From: Oikopleura dioica | Taxonomy: Eukaryota > Animalia > Chordata | Reading direction: 5' to 3' | Assembly (NCBI GenBank): GCA_907165135.1 | Contig: OU015568.1 | Location: forward strand, 10,602,001 to 10,666,000 | DNA length: 64,000 nt | In this document: positions 1 through 12,827 of the stretch, one piece after another | Numbering within the stretch: the first letter of the stretch is position 1 | How the letters are laid out: the number at the start of each line of letters is the position of its first letter | The notes under the pieces: model-generated | Database searches by the model: none | Told to the model about the DNA's origin: nothing | Seen by the model: the letters and a program-made list of their open reading frames with translations, nothing else | Translations under genes and position numbers: made by a program

Positions 1-926
1 GCGGTGGAGTGGCCGAAGCCTCTACTTCATCCGATCCCAACACGTCCTCGAACTCGCTCTCCACGCCGAACCTCTCCTTGCCCTCGACGAAAGCCGATCC
101 GATCCCGGATCAGCTAGACACCGTCCCCAACTGGGCTACTCCCGAGACCAAAATAGAAGCCATCGACAACCAGACCAACCCGCTTATGCCACCCGTTCCA
201 TCTTCACTTTCTCTTGACCAGGTAAATACCCGCCAGTATTTTTTAATATAAGTAAATATGATAAATCGTGATTTCAATTCTTCCAGGTGTTTTAATCCGG
301 TAGCGCGCCTGTAATAACAAGTCCCACTTTCCGTTTTGTTTAAAAATAATATGCGACTATATACATGTATAAATTCGCCCCATCTGGTGTTCATTTTTTC
401 GCGCACCTGTAAAACCCTCAGTCCCAAATTTGAAATTAACAATATTTGGACACAGTTAAGCCGGGGATTTCGCACTGCTTAGGCGTCGTAAACGGGTTAA
501 AATTCGCCAATTTGGAATTGGATTCAAAAATCTCAAATTTGAAATTATACGCGCAGGAAATGAGATCAACCGCTCCATTTTGTAACTTCTCAAAAAGCAA
601 CAAAAAACGTTCATTAGGCCCCAATTGCCCTGGAATAATAAGCACCATCGTTTTCAATTTCTAATCGCGTACTTTAGCCCGCTGGTTCTCAATTCTTCGA
701 CAGCTACGGCTCCATGGGCAACATGCCTTCTGTCTCTGAGCCAACCTCTGTTGCGGCAAACTTCTACAATCAGTACAACGCAAATATGGCCCAGTACCAA
801 GCCCAGTCGATGACCCAGCCCGGCCTTGCCCCCGGCGCGAGCGCTGGACAACCCGCGACTCAAGCCGCCGCCCAAGCTGCTGCTGCCGCACAAAACTCAC
901 AGCAGTGGAAGTTCCAAGTTCTATAA
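1..926 (+). CDS. Otx: Otx-family homeobox transcription factor, 3' part (exons <1-221 and 678-926)
   Basis: GT donor at 222 and tttAG acceptor at 677 join the two ORFs in frame. The protein ends ...NSQQWKFQVL*, and WKFQVL is the characteristic Otx C-terminus. The homeodomain lies outside the window. Confidence 0.8.
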
Positions 927-3777
927 AAAAAAGTCGCATCTTTATTTTTTTGCTTCTGTCAATTTTAAATTCTCATCAAAAACTCAGTAATCCTAAATGT
1001 TCATACCGTGCAAATTATTACATACACATTATTGATTACAGTCTTATAAATGACTGTAGTTGTCTTTTCATGTGCTTCCTAAGGGCGTCAACAGCGATTT
1101 CTATTGCAGAATCATCTTTTAACGATGATGACGCCCTTACACTTTTCTTTCGAAAAACTGTATTTATTACTACTGGTTCATTTGTAGATATTATTTGAAA
1201 TAAAAATACATCTAAAAATTACGCCTTGGCTCTCTTTTTCTATTTTTGTCGGGGGATAAATTTATGAGAGGCCTACTTTGTTCAGATAAAGAGGATAAAC
1301 TGGCTAAGATTGATTAAAACATGCCAGGATACTAGGTACTTAGACCCTCTAAGCAATCGTCAATACTAGGTATAATCATGTGTTAGCTGCAAAAATACCC
1401 AATAATAAATCTGCAAGGATATCACTGGACAGCATTTTTGGGCATATTGCCGCATATAAGCTTTATATTATAAAGAAGCGGACAACATATTAGGGTGAAC
1501 TTATTGTTAAAAATATAATTTCTTTTAAATTTTCAAGCATCTGTAATTTTGTACGTGCATATTTGAGAGAAAAAAGATAGTGTTTTGATTTGAATCCATA
1601 AATCACCGTGACGCGCGTCGTATTTTTGTGGAGTGAAAGAGAAGAGAAAACGAAATGAAAATGTTTTTTCAATCGCAGCGGCAAAATGTTGTTTCCGCCG
1701 ACGAGTCTGGCAGCGCCTCCGCCACAAGAAACCACCGGAAGTAATCCAGCACCAGATCACCAGATTCCCCTTTCACGTGATTATTTTAATAAAAATGCGA
1801 AGCGCACGTTGAGATTTCGAAATGGAATTTAAGCTTTTCATCAGATTTTCATCAAATGTTTATGTTATGCATATTCTTTATTCCAAATTGAAGCCGGTTG
1901 GAAGACGGGAGCGTATTATCCGTTGTCCGAAATGGAGCCCGAGTCTTAGAGCCTAAATCAGGGCTGAACCTGTCACTGGCAAATCAGATGAGCGCCGGCT
2001 TATTTTTCACTAAAAGCGGCTTTTCTTTCTTACGATATGACGACAAACTAATTTATGTACAATCGTTTTACCTTTCCTAATGGACTCCTGGACTTCTTAC
2101 GAAGAGAGTCCCGGAAACGAACTAATCCACCACGAAAAACGCGAAGTGCGATTTAATTTATGGAAAGTCGTCGCATTTCGCGTAAATAAAAACCGACTCA
2201 ACCGGCCGCTCATCCGGCTTTTTGGATGCCAACTTCAAACTTCAAACTGCCGGAAATGGGCCCAACAAAAATGCAGAACACGATACGTTCGAAAACGCGC
2301 AGGTGCGAATTTCATCGCTGGTATTTTAGAAAACAGCAAAGATATTAGACAGCTATTTATGCTTTGGCTAATTTGACTTGACAATTCTTCAGTAGAACTT
2401 CGCAAATTGTGAAATTGGTGATTCTTTGTATCCGTTTTGAATCAATTTTTGCACGCTAAAATTGTAGATTTACGTTATTATCACATGATAATACCACAAT
2501 GCTGTTCCGTGTTCAACTCTAAATATCACCTGGCTACTTGGAAACCGCAAAAGTCAAAATGCAATGATTCGAATTGTCTCGTTTCGTACAATCTTGGTGC
2601 GTGAGACTCTGTTTTTGGTATTTTCACTCAATTTTGGCACAACAAGATGAGAATATTATGACCTACAAGACAATTTCTCAGCCTTTACGGCTATTCACAG
2701 ACCAAGCTTTTCAATTTGATTGTCTTCTGGAGGAGTAGAATTCTAGTCGAAGCGTTTTCTTGATAAAAGAGTTCAAAGGTAGTTCCAAGAGACTAATTTT
2801 GTCTAAATAAGCACGAATTCAAGGGCGGATATGAACACCGGGGTACTCTTTTGGAAATTGTAATTTGACATTTGTTTGAAATTTCTGCGTTGTTTTTCGC
2901 GCCACCGGAAAGTGGAGTAATGAACGGGGCTGCTGATCAAAGCACTAGAATTCGCCAGCGCCAAGAATGTACTTTTTACTTTTTGCCTAAGAGCCTTGAT
3001 CGGCGCTAATTTGGAAAATTGTAAAATTTAGAGCTTCTACCCTCCGTGGGCCTGAGCGTGAGCCTGGGGATGAGCGCAAGCTGAGCAAAGGCTCAGAAAA
3101 ATAATCAAAACTGCTCACTTTGTATATTCCGGGGCATAATACAGCGGGACAAAGAGTCGGGCCAAAAGGTGCCTGATCATTTATTTTTGCCTCTTCCGGT
3201 TCAGGTCCTCGGCACTAATTACTTCTACGAGCAGCGAGTCTTGAACTAAATGCGCTAGATTTACTTTCGGTAAGACATTATCAGTCAGCTTCATTTATGC
3301 GATAAGAGAGCTTCGATCCAAATAAAGCCCGATCGAAATCCGAGATCACCGTTTTCCGCTCCCGCTTGTCTCATTGATAACACTATCATAATTACAATTC
3401 GAAACTTCAAAATTCAAATTCAAAAGGTTTTCCACGATATTTAGCGCACTGGATCAAGGACAGATGATATTCATGAAGAGACGAATTTCTGTACCTTTTC
3501 AAGAATTCAAAACAACTTCAAAGGCGAGCGCCGCTGCACCACCTCCAGCGCCGCTTATTCCCTGGTGCATCTTCGACAGGCGGTTATTGCATAAGACGAT
3601 TGAAATTTTTGGCGTCGCACCTGTTGCGTAATCCACGAATTTTCAACGTAAATATCTATGCTCCGCCAAAAAAATTTTACTGAAGCCATTTTCTACAATC
3701 ATAGTTTATTAATAATAATTAGCAGTGAAATTGTTCTATAAGAATTTATCAATAGAAAGAAAACGAACTCATAAATT

Positions 3778-4912
3778 TTAGAATTTGTTTCCACGCATCC
3801 AAAGACCGATTTTGAACAGCCACGATGGAATCAAAAGTGTCTCTGGAATTAAGGATAGGAATGCTGGTGCATCTACTTTCCTAGCCATGTAAGACGCAGC
3901 GATGCTATTGCGAAGTGAACGGATGCTGGTGACATGGCTTCCGTCGACTTCCTTGATATCAAACTCGTCAGCAATCTTAAAAAAATTAAATCAATGAAGA
4001 AAGTCCTCTTTTTACATCATGGCACCAGATGACACGTCCAGCTTTAGAATCAATATTGGGATCGGTCAACAACGCGGCAACTGTTTTTCCAACCCATTCA
4101 GGCGTCTGCCCCTTTTCAAAGCCCTTTTTCGCTGCTTGAATGTGGTGTTGATCACTAAAATCGTACTCGTTGGAGTCATTGTAAAAATATCACCTGTCGG
4201 ATTCGAGAATATTTTCAACGATTAGTTCCGTTTTGACAGCTCCTGGCCAGATTGAGAGAGCTTTGACGCCTGTTCCGCGGAGCTCGACGTTGAAGTCCTG
4301 AGCCATTCGATCTTGAGCGGCTTTTCCGACACCATATGCAGTGTTGAAAAGATAGGTGAGACCCCCAGGAGAGCTCATGTTTACGATGAGCCCAGCACCA
4401 CTATAAATAAATAATAAGTTTGTTAGATCACCTATAAACTCTAACCGAGGAACCATTAGCCGTGCAGCATAAACAGAGGCGATGTAATTTGCTCTTAGCC
4501 CGACGTTGTTGACGGTATCCCAAATTTGGGGAGGCTGCTCCCAGAATTTATCTACAGCTTGTGCACTATCTTTTCCCAAAAGAGTAGTTACTGCAGCGTA
4601 GCAGTTGTTCACGATCATATCAAGGCGGCCAGCGTTATCGGAGTCAATTTGCTTGAATAATTTCTCGACTAGATGGTTGCTGATGAAATCAAGAAGGAGA
4701 TAATTGAAAGTCTAACCTTGGTCGTCATCAGAATGATCACAAACAACTGGAACGACATCTCCGCCGATTTCTTTAGCAGTTTGCGAAAGAGTTTCTAGCT
4801 TGCGTCCAGTAATGTAAACAGTAGCTCCTTGGTCGGCAAGAGCTTTCGCACAACCGCGACCAATTCCTCTACTTGCTCCAGTCACTAAAGTTATCCGTCC
4901 TGCCAAAGCCAT
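3778..4912 (-). CDS. DHRS1: Short-chain dehydrogenase/reductase, DHRS1-like (multi-exon)
   Basis: N-terminal LVTGASRGIGRG Rossmann motif, VYITGR, catalytic YGVGK (YxxxK) and SIWPGAV. The last exon ends ...GLWMRGNKF* at 3778. Confidence 0.88.
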
Positions 4913-5119
4913 TCTGAGCGAGAATTCTCTTTATTGAAAGTCGATGGTGGAAAAATCGACAACCGGGCCGTGGTTCGAAAATATTTGCCAGGCGCACAAG
5001 GTCATAGTCTAGTCAGACTCATAGAAATGCAAACAGGAGCACGCCGAGACCAAAATTTAATGCGTAATGACTATCGATACTAATATAAAATACCCAGAAC
5101 AAAATATAAGCAATCCCAA

Positions 5120-5422
5120 AAATGAGTTCGTTTATTGCGAGTTTAACGTTTTCGGAACAGAAATTCCATCATCAGAAAAGTTGCTTGCATAAAAACTTGA
5201 CGATCTTTAATGAAAGGAGAGACTGACCTTTCTTCTTCTTGTAAGAAAAATGAACTCATTCAATGAGATCAGTGAGACTCAGATCAATGAGTTCATTTTT
5301 CTTACAAGACAAGGTCAGTCTCTCCTTTCATTAAAGATCGTCAAGTTTTTATGCAAGCAACTTGCTCTGATGATGGAATTTCTGTTCCGAAAACGTTAAG
5401 CCTGCAATAAACGAACTCATTT
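5120..5422. repeat. Long near-perfect inverted repeat (foldback/MITE-like), arms ~140 bp, loop ~26 bp
   Basis: 5120-5260 is the reverse complement of 5287-5422 with a few mismatches and one small indel. Confidence 0.9.
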
Positions 5423-5826
5423 AACTACAGATGTCATTTAACGATTAAAATCCCAAAAATGCATAAATATCGATTTCATGCATTATTACTGAGGATTATA
5501 GAGTATATGCTGATTTATTTAAATATGCAAATAAATATAAAGTTTGTGTAACACTTTTTGGTTAGAAGTAGTACTGAAAATAAATAACAAAAGTAGGTAC
5601 ACAGGGCTCGAATGGTAGCATTGTATTGAATTGCACAATGGTGATTACAGAAAATAAAGAAGTTTTTTTGTTATTCGGGAGGGAGTTGAAGGAACGGAGC
5701 AGAGGAATAGAAATCTTAACGATTGTATTAATAGAAGATTATATAAATAGGTAAAAAGCTGCGGTAAATAATATTGGCTGTGTTTTTGGCTGTGGCGAGC
5801 GAGTTTCTTAAAAGCTTGGGCTTGCA

Positions 5827-8800
5827 TTAAATCGTACTGGAGCTAATCCACGAGTTGCGCGTCTGAATTTCGATCTCGAGACGTTTGAACTTGCTCTTCG
5901 GAAGTTTCTTGCGGCGAATTATGTTGAGTAACTTGTGCACAAGTTTGGAGGTGGAGATGAGTTCTTCGATCGCATAGGCTATCACGAAGTGGATTGCCAC
6001 TAGAAACATCAAGCTGACTCGATAAAAAATTGGCACAGCTTCGCTTTCAGATACTTTTCCCCGTTCAAAATATATTTTAAAACTGTTAACGAAGATTCAA
6101 TAAACAAAAAATCTATATATATCGAAATCAAATTAAACGGTTCCTATGTTTTCTTCTCCCCAGTCCTTGTTATAGATCGCGAGTTCAAAAGCTAAAAACG
6201 AGATAGAAACCAAGGAATCAAAGAGAACTTACCTCTAGTAATTTCAAGCGAAGGCCAGATGCAGATAATCGCGGTCATTATTGTCAAGCTTACAAGACAG
6301 AAGAGAAAAGGAAGATTTTTCCAAATGCGAGTACGATAAGGCGGCCCTTGCGAAAAGACGAAAGAAAGAATGAGGTACTGAAACGCCGAAACAGAGAAAA
6401 TAGCCGTGTTCACCATCCCAATGATATCTTCGTCTTCAGAGGTAATGTTCACTTTTGCAGGGACGTACCATGATTTGTTGAGGACATCTATTTTTAAATT
6501 ACTTATCATTTGAAAAAAGATTGAGTACTCACCGACTGTGACAAAGGCTTGGATGGCGACGACGACAATGACTTGAAGAATCAAACTCATCAAAATAGTC
6601 GGATTCAAAAGTGATCCAGGTGGACGCTTTTTAACCTAAATAAATTCAAATGAATATATTTTCTTGATAGATGTATTTACCAAAATAGGCCAGGCGTCGT
6701 TGTTCGACATGAAAATGGCGACGGTGGTTGTGATACCAAGATCAATCCACAGGAATTCCATGTCTCCAAGGTTAGAATCGAAAGTGTACAAGATGAGCAC
6801 GGAAACATACTGGATTAGACTGTACAGTGCCATGTACTTGAACGTGCCAAAAGAGGTGATCAATGCTGCTCTTCCTTGCCGCAACAAAATGGGTATGCAA
6901 CTTATTTCCTGTTTTTAATCAGTCCCAGCTATTTGAAAAATACCTGATATCGCCACACGAGGCAGTAAACGGAGCAGCAACGGAGGCTTCACTTTCGCTA
7001 AGACTGACGCCAACGTTGGCCAATTTTAAAGCCGCACAATCGTTAGCACCGTCGCCACACATGATCACTTGATAGTCGATTTTTTGAAGCTCTTCTATCA
7101 ACTGCGCTTTCTGATCGGGGGACATTCGTGCGAAAATTGCTCCTCGTTGAACGATGTAAGGCAGTTCCTCCGGGAAATTATCGCGAAGTAGTTGCCAGTA
7201 CTTGCCCGTTACTGCGAGGCGCCAGTTATTCTTGCTCATGCCATCTATAATTATCAATTTTGAAATGGGTATTTCTAAATGACACAATACTTTCTAGGGG
7301 TGTTCTTTCGATAGTCTGATCTTGAAGCGGAACTTGCTCGGGCTGGCCTGATTGAGGAGTCTCCGGCGTAAATTGAATTTGAGGAGGCGATCCAGAGACA
7401 GAGACTTTCATTACTGGACACGTAGTTGGAATGAGTTCGCAATCTCGTGCAACAGCAATCGCAGTAAGTAAATTGTCACCAGTAACCATGACTGTTCGAA
7501 TACTGGCAGCGGCAAGCTCTGCAAGGGTGGGAGCAGATGCGTCTTTCAGCTGATTCTAAAAGAAAAAATGAGCATTCTGTGATTGAAAATATCTGGTAAC
7601 CTGCATAACGAGTAAGCCAAGTAGATTCAAATTGTTTTCGCAATCGTCTCTTTCTATTTTCTGAATCTCATCCATTGATTGTTTAATCTCCCGCCCAGCA
7701 AGTGCTAGTACTCTGTAGCCCCGACGAGTAAGTTTCTCTAGTTCTGTCGTAAAGTTCACTGGAACAGAGGTACATTTGGATGCTACCATCTCGGGAGCGC
7801 CCTGAAAACGTAATTAATGCCTCTTTAGTGACATTCAAACTAACCTTGAGAAAAATGAAGGGGTGTTCTTGTAGATCGTTTTTAACAATGACGGACTGTC
7901 TTTGAAGGTCCGATGAGAATGGGAAGTTACGAACGATTGAAATTTTAAGTCCTTTCAATCCACCTAAAGGCGGTTTAACAGTTGGATACTCGAGCTTCTC
8001 GTTTTCACTGGAGTCTTCGTACTCCCATCCAGTCGACGAGAACATCTTTATATCAAGCGGATCCCCAATCATTTCCTTGTCAACGTAACTGATCGAGTGG
8101 CATGTTGCTAACGCGTGAAGAAGCAGTGAAGATTGCCCGAGCTCAATTGATGGCTTTTGAAAAATTTTCTCAGTCATGGTATCTGCACTTAAAACAGCAT
8201 GAAAGTGCAAACCATCTTCTGTCAGTGTTCCAGTTTTATCGAAACAACATACTTTAATCTTGCCAGCAACATTGATTCTCCCCGGTGAAATGCAGAAGAT
8301 ATGATCTTTTTTCAGCCTTGACTGTGAGTAAACCGTACCCACAGTCATCGCAGCGGGGAGAGAAGGTGGAACGACTACAGTTATTAAATCGAGCACGCGA
8401 AGGATAGCCTTCTTAATGTTATCTCCTCGGGAGAGAAATAGCCAAGTGCTGTAAACGTCTCCGATTAGGGCTAGAATTGCCAAAATGCCAATAAACTTGA
8501 TCGCATCTTCGTAAAAGCCAAACCCAACTGGAGAGGGGAAAAGAATCGACCGGACGAGGTCGCCTTTGGCAGTATAGAAACCGGTCCGGATCACAACCGC
8601 TGTGCAAACAGGTTGACTGCTAGGCGCCCTGGCTTGGATAACATTCGTTCCAGCGAAAAGAGTGTGCCGTCTATGTTTTTCTGGAGAATAAAAGCCAGTG
8701 ATACCGGTCGGTGGTTCTTTCTGCTCAGGAGCTGACTCTCCAGTTAACATCGCTTCATTTACAATCGCCGTACCATTGATAAATAACATGTCAGCTTGAA

Positions 8801-9632
8801 CAGGCCCAGCTTCAACCTTGACGAGATCGCCTGGAACCAGCTCCCTCGAGTCTACAGCCACCCACTGCCCAATATCTTGATTAAAACGTTGAACGATGCT
8901 GGAACCTGTGACCATATCGTGCAAATCCTGTGATTGCTTTTTTGTCTTGTAGAGAGAGATGGTAATTGAAACAATTGTTATAACCAAAATAGCTCCAGCG
9001 TAATAAAAATACTCTTCAATGCCCCAAAGGACGATGGAGAAGATTTGGAAGATATAGAACGGATTGAGCACTTCCTCGATGAGCAAGGCAAAGTAAGACT
9101 TTACTTCGATTTCGATTGTATTAGCGCCATATCTTGAGAGTCGCTGATTGCGCTGCGAAGATGTCAACCCTTCCGAAAATCCCGATACAACTTCTTGAAT
9201 GGAATGCCCACTCTCAAGCGCGACTTGTCGCATAAAATTGTTTTCACTCTCATTCCAGAAGAATCGAACAGCGCCGAACTTGAATAACCTCGACTCTGTG
9301 TTCTCTTCTACCAACATTGTCTTATCAAGAGAGCTGGAAACATTCTGCGTCGTTGCGTTAGTAAGCGAGCCATCCGCCTTGATGATTTGGACAGGAACAA
9401 GCTCTTCTATTTCGCCACGTTTGACGAAAATATGCGTTGCAGTTTTTAATGAACACTTTTGGAATGCTGCATGCGCCCACCAAGACGGTTTCCAGTAGAA
9501 AATCAAGGGCAAAAGGGGAAAGAAAACGATGCACAAGAATTTGACAAAGTATTCCTTCCCCTTTGTCCTAGAAAACGCCGAAATGTGAAGGCGAACATCG
9601 AGATCGCTGACAATTGAGTTCTGATTACTCAT
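5827..9632 (-). CDS. ATP13A3: P5B-type ATPase (ATP13A2/3-like polyamine transporter family), multi-exon
   Basis: [15 protein letters not shown], the DKTGTLT phosphorylation motif, VTGDN and GDGANDC. The C-terminus is ...[12 protein letters not shown]. The paralog assignment is approximate. Confidence 0.9.
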
Positions 9633-9694
9633 CTTCGCTTTCCTGCGCCCATTCTGAATTTTTGTATAAATAGTTTTGTGATAAAAAATGTTGA

Positions 9695-10473
9695 CTATTT
9701 TGGAAACTGTTTTATCACAGCATTATCGGGCAGTTTTTGGGGCATGTATCTGTGAGGATTTCGCTTTCGATCGAGCTCTTCCAGATTCTTCATCGCTCCT
9801 TTCACAGGAGCAAGTTTGTCAGTCAGTCCATGCCGCTTCTTCTTTCTAGCGATTTGACCTGGCTCATCGTCTGCATGATCAGCTGCGAGCAAGCGCTTCA
9901 TATCACTGTCGCTTGGACCTCGATTCGCAATTCTGAGTATTTAATAGCTGATTGAAATGTTATTGAAGCCAATACCGGACGTGCTGGTCAATGTTTTTCT
10001 CTGCTACTACTGTATTCTTCAAATCGCCGTCGTGATATAGCGGGCAATTGTGACCTTTATAGCATCGCCCTTTCCTGAAATTCCAGCAAATCTTCTTCCC
10101 GTCTCGTTCTTTCTCAAACTTGTGCGCTTGATTGTCAGTGAGTGCGACATGTTGCTCTAAAAAGATTAATCTTTGTTAAAAATCCTTCTGTTTACCCAAA
10201 ACTTTGCGCGCTGCTTGCTCTTCTCGATCGTAGTTGCTGACAAAGACGGAGTCCTACAGACACAACAGTTATTTTTGAGAAACTCAGCAAGTACTCTACT
10301 TGCGATCTGTAAATAACTTTCTTCACTTCATCTGCTCGAGTTGACGCAGTGGTCAGGTCTGGTGGAGGCAGTCTCACTTTTGGCTTGACCTTTTGTACTT
10401 CTGGTTCTTCTGCTTCTACCTCCGGCTGTTCTTCTTCTGAGTCCGAGTCAGAGTAAGCTCCTATCAAATCCAT
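9695..10473 (-). CDS. Small CCCH zinc-finger protein (4 exons)
   Basis: Manual splicing gives MDLIGAYSDSDSEEE...DSVFVSNYDREEQAARKVLEQHVALT...KKICWNFRKGRCYKGHNCPLYHD...KKKRHGLTDKLAPVKGAMK...*, with a C-x7-C-x5-C-x3-H finger. All introns are GT-AG. Confidence 0.75.
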
Positions 10474-10521
10474 TCTGAATAAGAACACCGCCAGTTCATA
10501 ATTGACTGCCCTTCAAATTGT

Positions 10522-11120
10522 CTATTTCTTTGGTCGGGATTCGGTGGAGTCGAATTCAATAGTCACTGGGCCATCGTTGACTATGTCCACTTCCATCATC
10601 GCTCCAAATACACCAGTTTCAATTTTATTATCTAAACAGAAGAATGTCATTATGAAATTATTTTGAGGAAAACCTTGGTAATTCTGTTTCATCTCAGAAA
10701 CGACCAAATCGAAGAGTCGCTTCGCTTCGTCGCCACCCATTGCGAGATGGAAATCGGGTTTGTTTCCCTAGAATTTTTCATTAAAATCATTATGCCCGTC
10801 CGGCAAACCTTCAAAAAGGCATACAGGGTGAATTGAGAGACAGCTAGAATTCCGTATCCATGATCCTTGGCGCTCTTGTTCCACGTCTTTCCGTCATCAC
10901 TTTCAAAAAGCCTTACTGCCAACAACTTTTTAGCGATCCATTTAGCATCGAAGTCTGTGTCCGTCTTGTGCACGCCGACTGTAAAAGCGATTATTTTAGA
11001 TTTTCTGAACTCGATCAATGCGCACCTGCCAAGAACACAAAGTCCTTTCTGAATCTGACCAACGACTTCGTTCTCTACTCGGACGCAGGCTCTGGAAACG
11101 CGTTGAATCACGACTTTCAT
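10522..11120 (-). CDS. DTD1: D-aminoacyl-tRNA deacylase 1
   Basis: MKVVIQRV start, SQFTL motif, GNKPDFH, and FGAMMEVDIVNDGPVT. Confidence 0.95.
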
Positions 11121-11163
11121 TCTAAATTCAAGTTAATTCATAGATGGAAGAGTAGTTATTAAA

Positions 11164-12827
11164 TTAGGTTGGGCGGCGTCCTTTAGGAGTCCAAACATTA
11201 GAATAGTTCTTCTTTGGTAGATCTCCAGATTCTCTCTTGTAATGAATCAAAGCGCGTTTTCGCTTCAAATGAAGCTCCCACGGAGTCCCGTCTAACTCCA
11301 TCGGCAAACCAGCGTACAAAAGTCGTCGCTTAGCCATCGACGGATGCTTGTTTTCGTAATACACCATCGACTTCATTTGGTGCTCCAAACCACCTGAAAA
11401 AGATATTTTTTTGAAAATCAACTTTTTTACCTTCGCCCGCTATACTTTCGGATTCTTGAGTACCGCCGTAGTTCCATCCTTTGTGATAATACTCTCGTCG
11501 TCTGTCGTGCAAGTAATCTTTGTCGCCAGTCCAGTGGTTGTAGCTCGAGTGCATTTGCTGTTTTAAAAAGTTGTCCGCATCGTCGACGATTTCTTTTTGT
11601 CTAGCCACGACGGTTGTTTTGTTCGAATTTGGAATTTCAAAGCCCGAGTAATTTTCCTAAAATTATAAATAGAATGTAGAAAGTTCAGAGGATGAACCTT
11701 GTCCCAAATGAGCCAGCCGCGGAAGCTTGGATCGGGAACCATGTGTACAAAAGTAACGATTTCATCGACGTCTCGAGGCTCTTGATCTTCAATAACTGGG
11801 TTGCCCATTCTATCCCACACTTTCAGCCGCTGCTTCGACTGTAATCTCACTGTCGCAAAAGTATACTAAAACGAGTTTCACCGATATTTATCAATTTGTT
11901 TCTCTACCTTGGTTCCATCAGCAGCTTCGTACCGACTATCAGACACGTCCAAGGAAAGAAGCACCGGTTCTTTTAACGAGCCGGAGTTAACTTCTACGAG
12001 TTCCCATTCTATCGTTGCGTTTTCAACTTCTTTGAGAATTTTGTGTTTGAAGGGCCCTGCGGTCAATCCGTCAAGGGCGTCTTTTCCAACTTGGCTGACT
12101 TGGTTGCCCCAGTTTTCTCTCTTCATTGCCTGAATGGAGTTATGAAGAAGAAATCGAAAAAATAATTGGTTACCTGATGAGCTCGTTCATAAATATCCCA
12201 GCATTCGGCCCTGCCAAACATATGATACGGCGAATTGACTAAAAACCGCTTCCAAAAGTTGCTTTCAATATCTTTTGAGTAGAGATTTTCTGTGATATTG
12301 CTACTGCCGGTAATTCTCGATGACAACTTCTGAAGATTCTTCATCCAGTTCTTTCTGATGCTCGATGAATCGTAAACGGCTCCAAAGTTTTTGTCGAACT
12401 CTTCAATGTTCTTTTCTAGCTCTTCGTTTCGCGCTGCTACTTCTTCTTGCGTTCGTGGGGCCTTGTAGGGCATTTTGTTACTAAAATAATATAGCGGCAG
12501 AAATAAACATTTTTCTCACATAAGTTCGAAGCTATCATAAGGGTTAATTCTGTTCTGGTTTGAGTACAAATAGTGCCCCATCGTATCGAACGAATTCTTG
12601 ACGCCATATTTCGTCGGAAAGACATTCGCATAGACTGGCTGAGTGTGCGCCAGCTCACCATAAATTGCAAGAGGACTTTCGTCTTCAACAGTTTCAGCTG
12701 ACTGGTTAGTGATTTCGTTGTGGTTGAACTCTTGTTCTCCAACTCTATTGAGGATGATCTTCTTGATCTTTCCTCGCTTGCTCAAACTCTGCGAAAGGGA
12801 CAAGTGCCGACATGAGTGTCTGTACAT
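11164..12827 (-). CDS. MRPL45: Mitochondrial ribosomal protein mL45 (Tim44-like domain) with long extensions
   Basis: VRLQSKQRLKVWDRMGN...DVDEIVTFVHM...GWLIWDKVHP matches my recollection of the mL45 Tim44-like segment. The N-terminus is basic and presequence-like. Confidence 0.7.

Noticed and set aside
3459-3631. ~55-aa plus-strand ORF (MIFMKRR...APPPAPL) convergent with DHRS1
   Set aside because: Short and with no supporting homology, so it could be chance.
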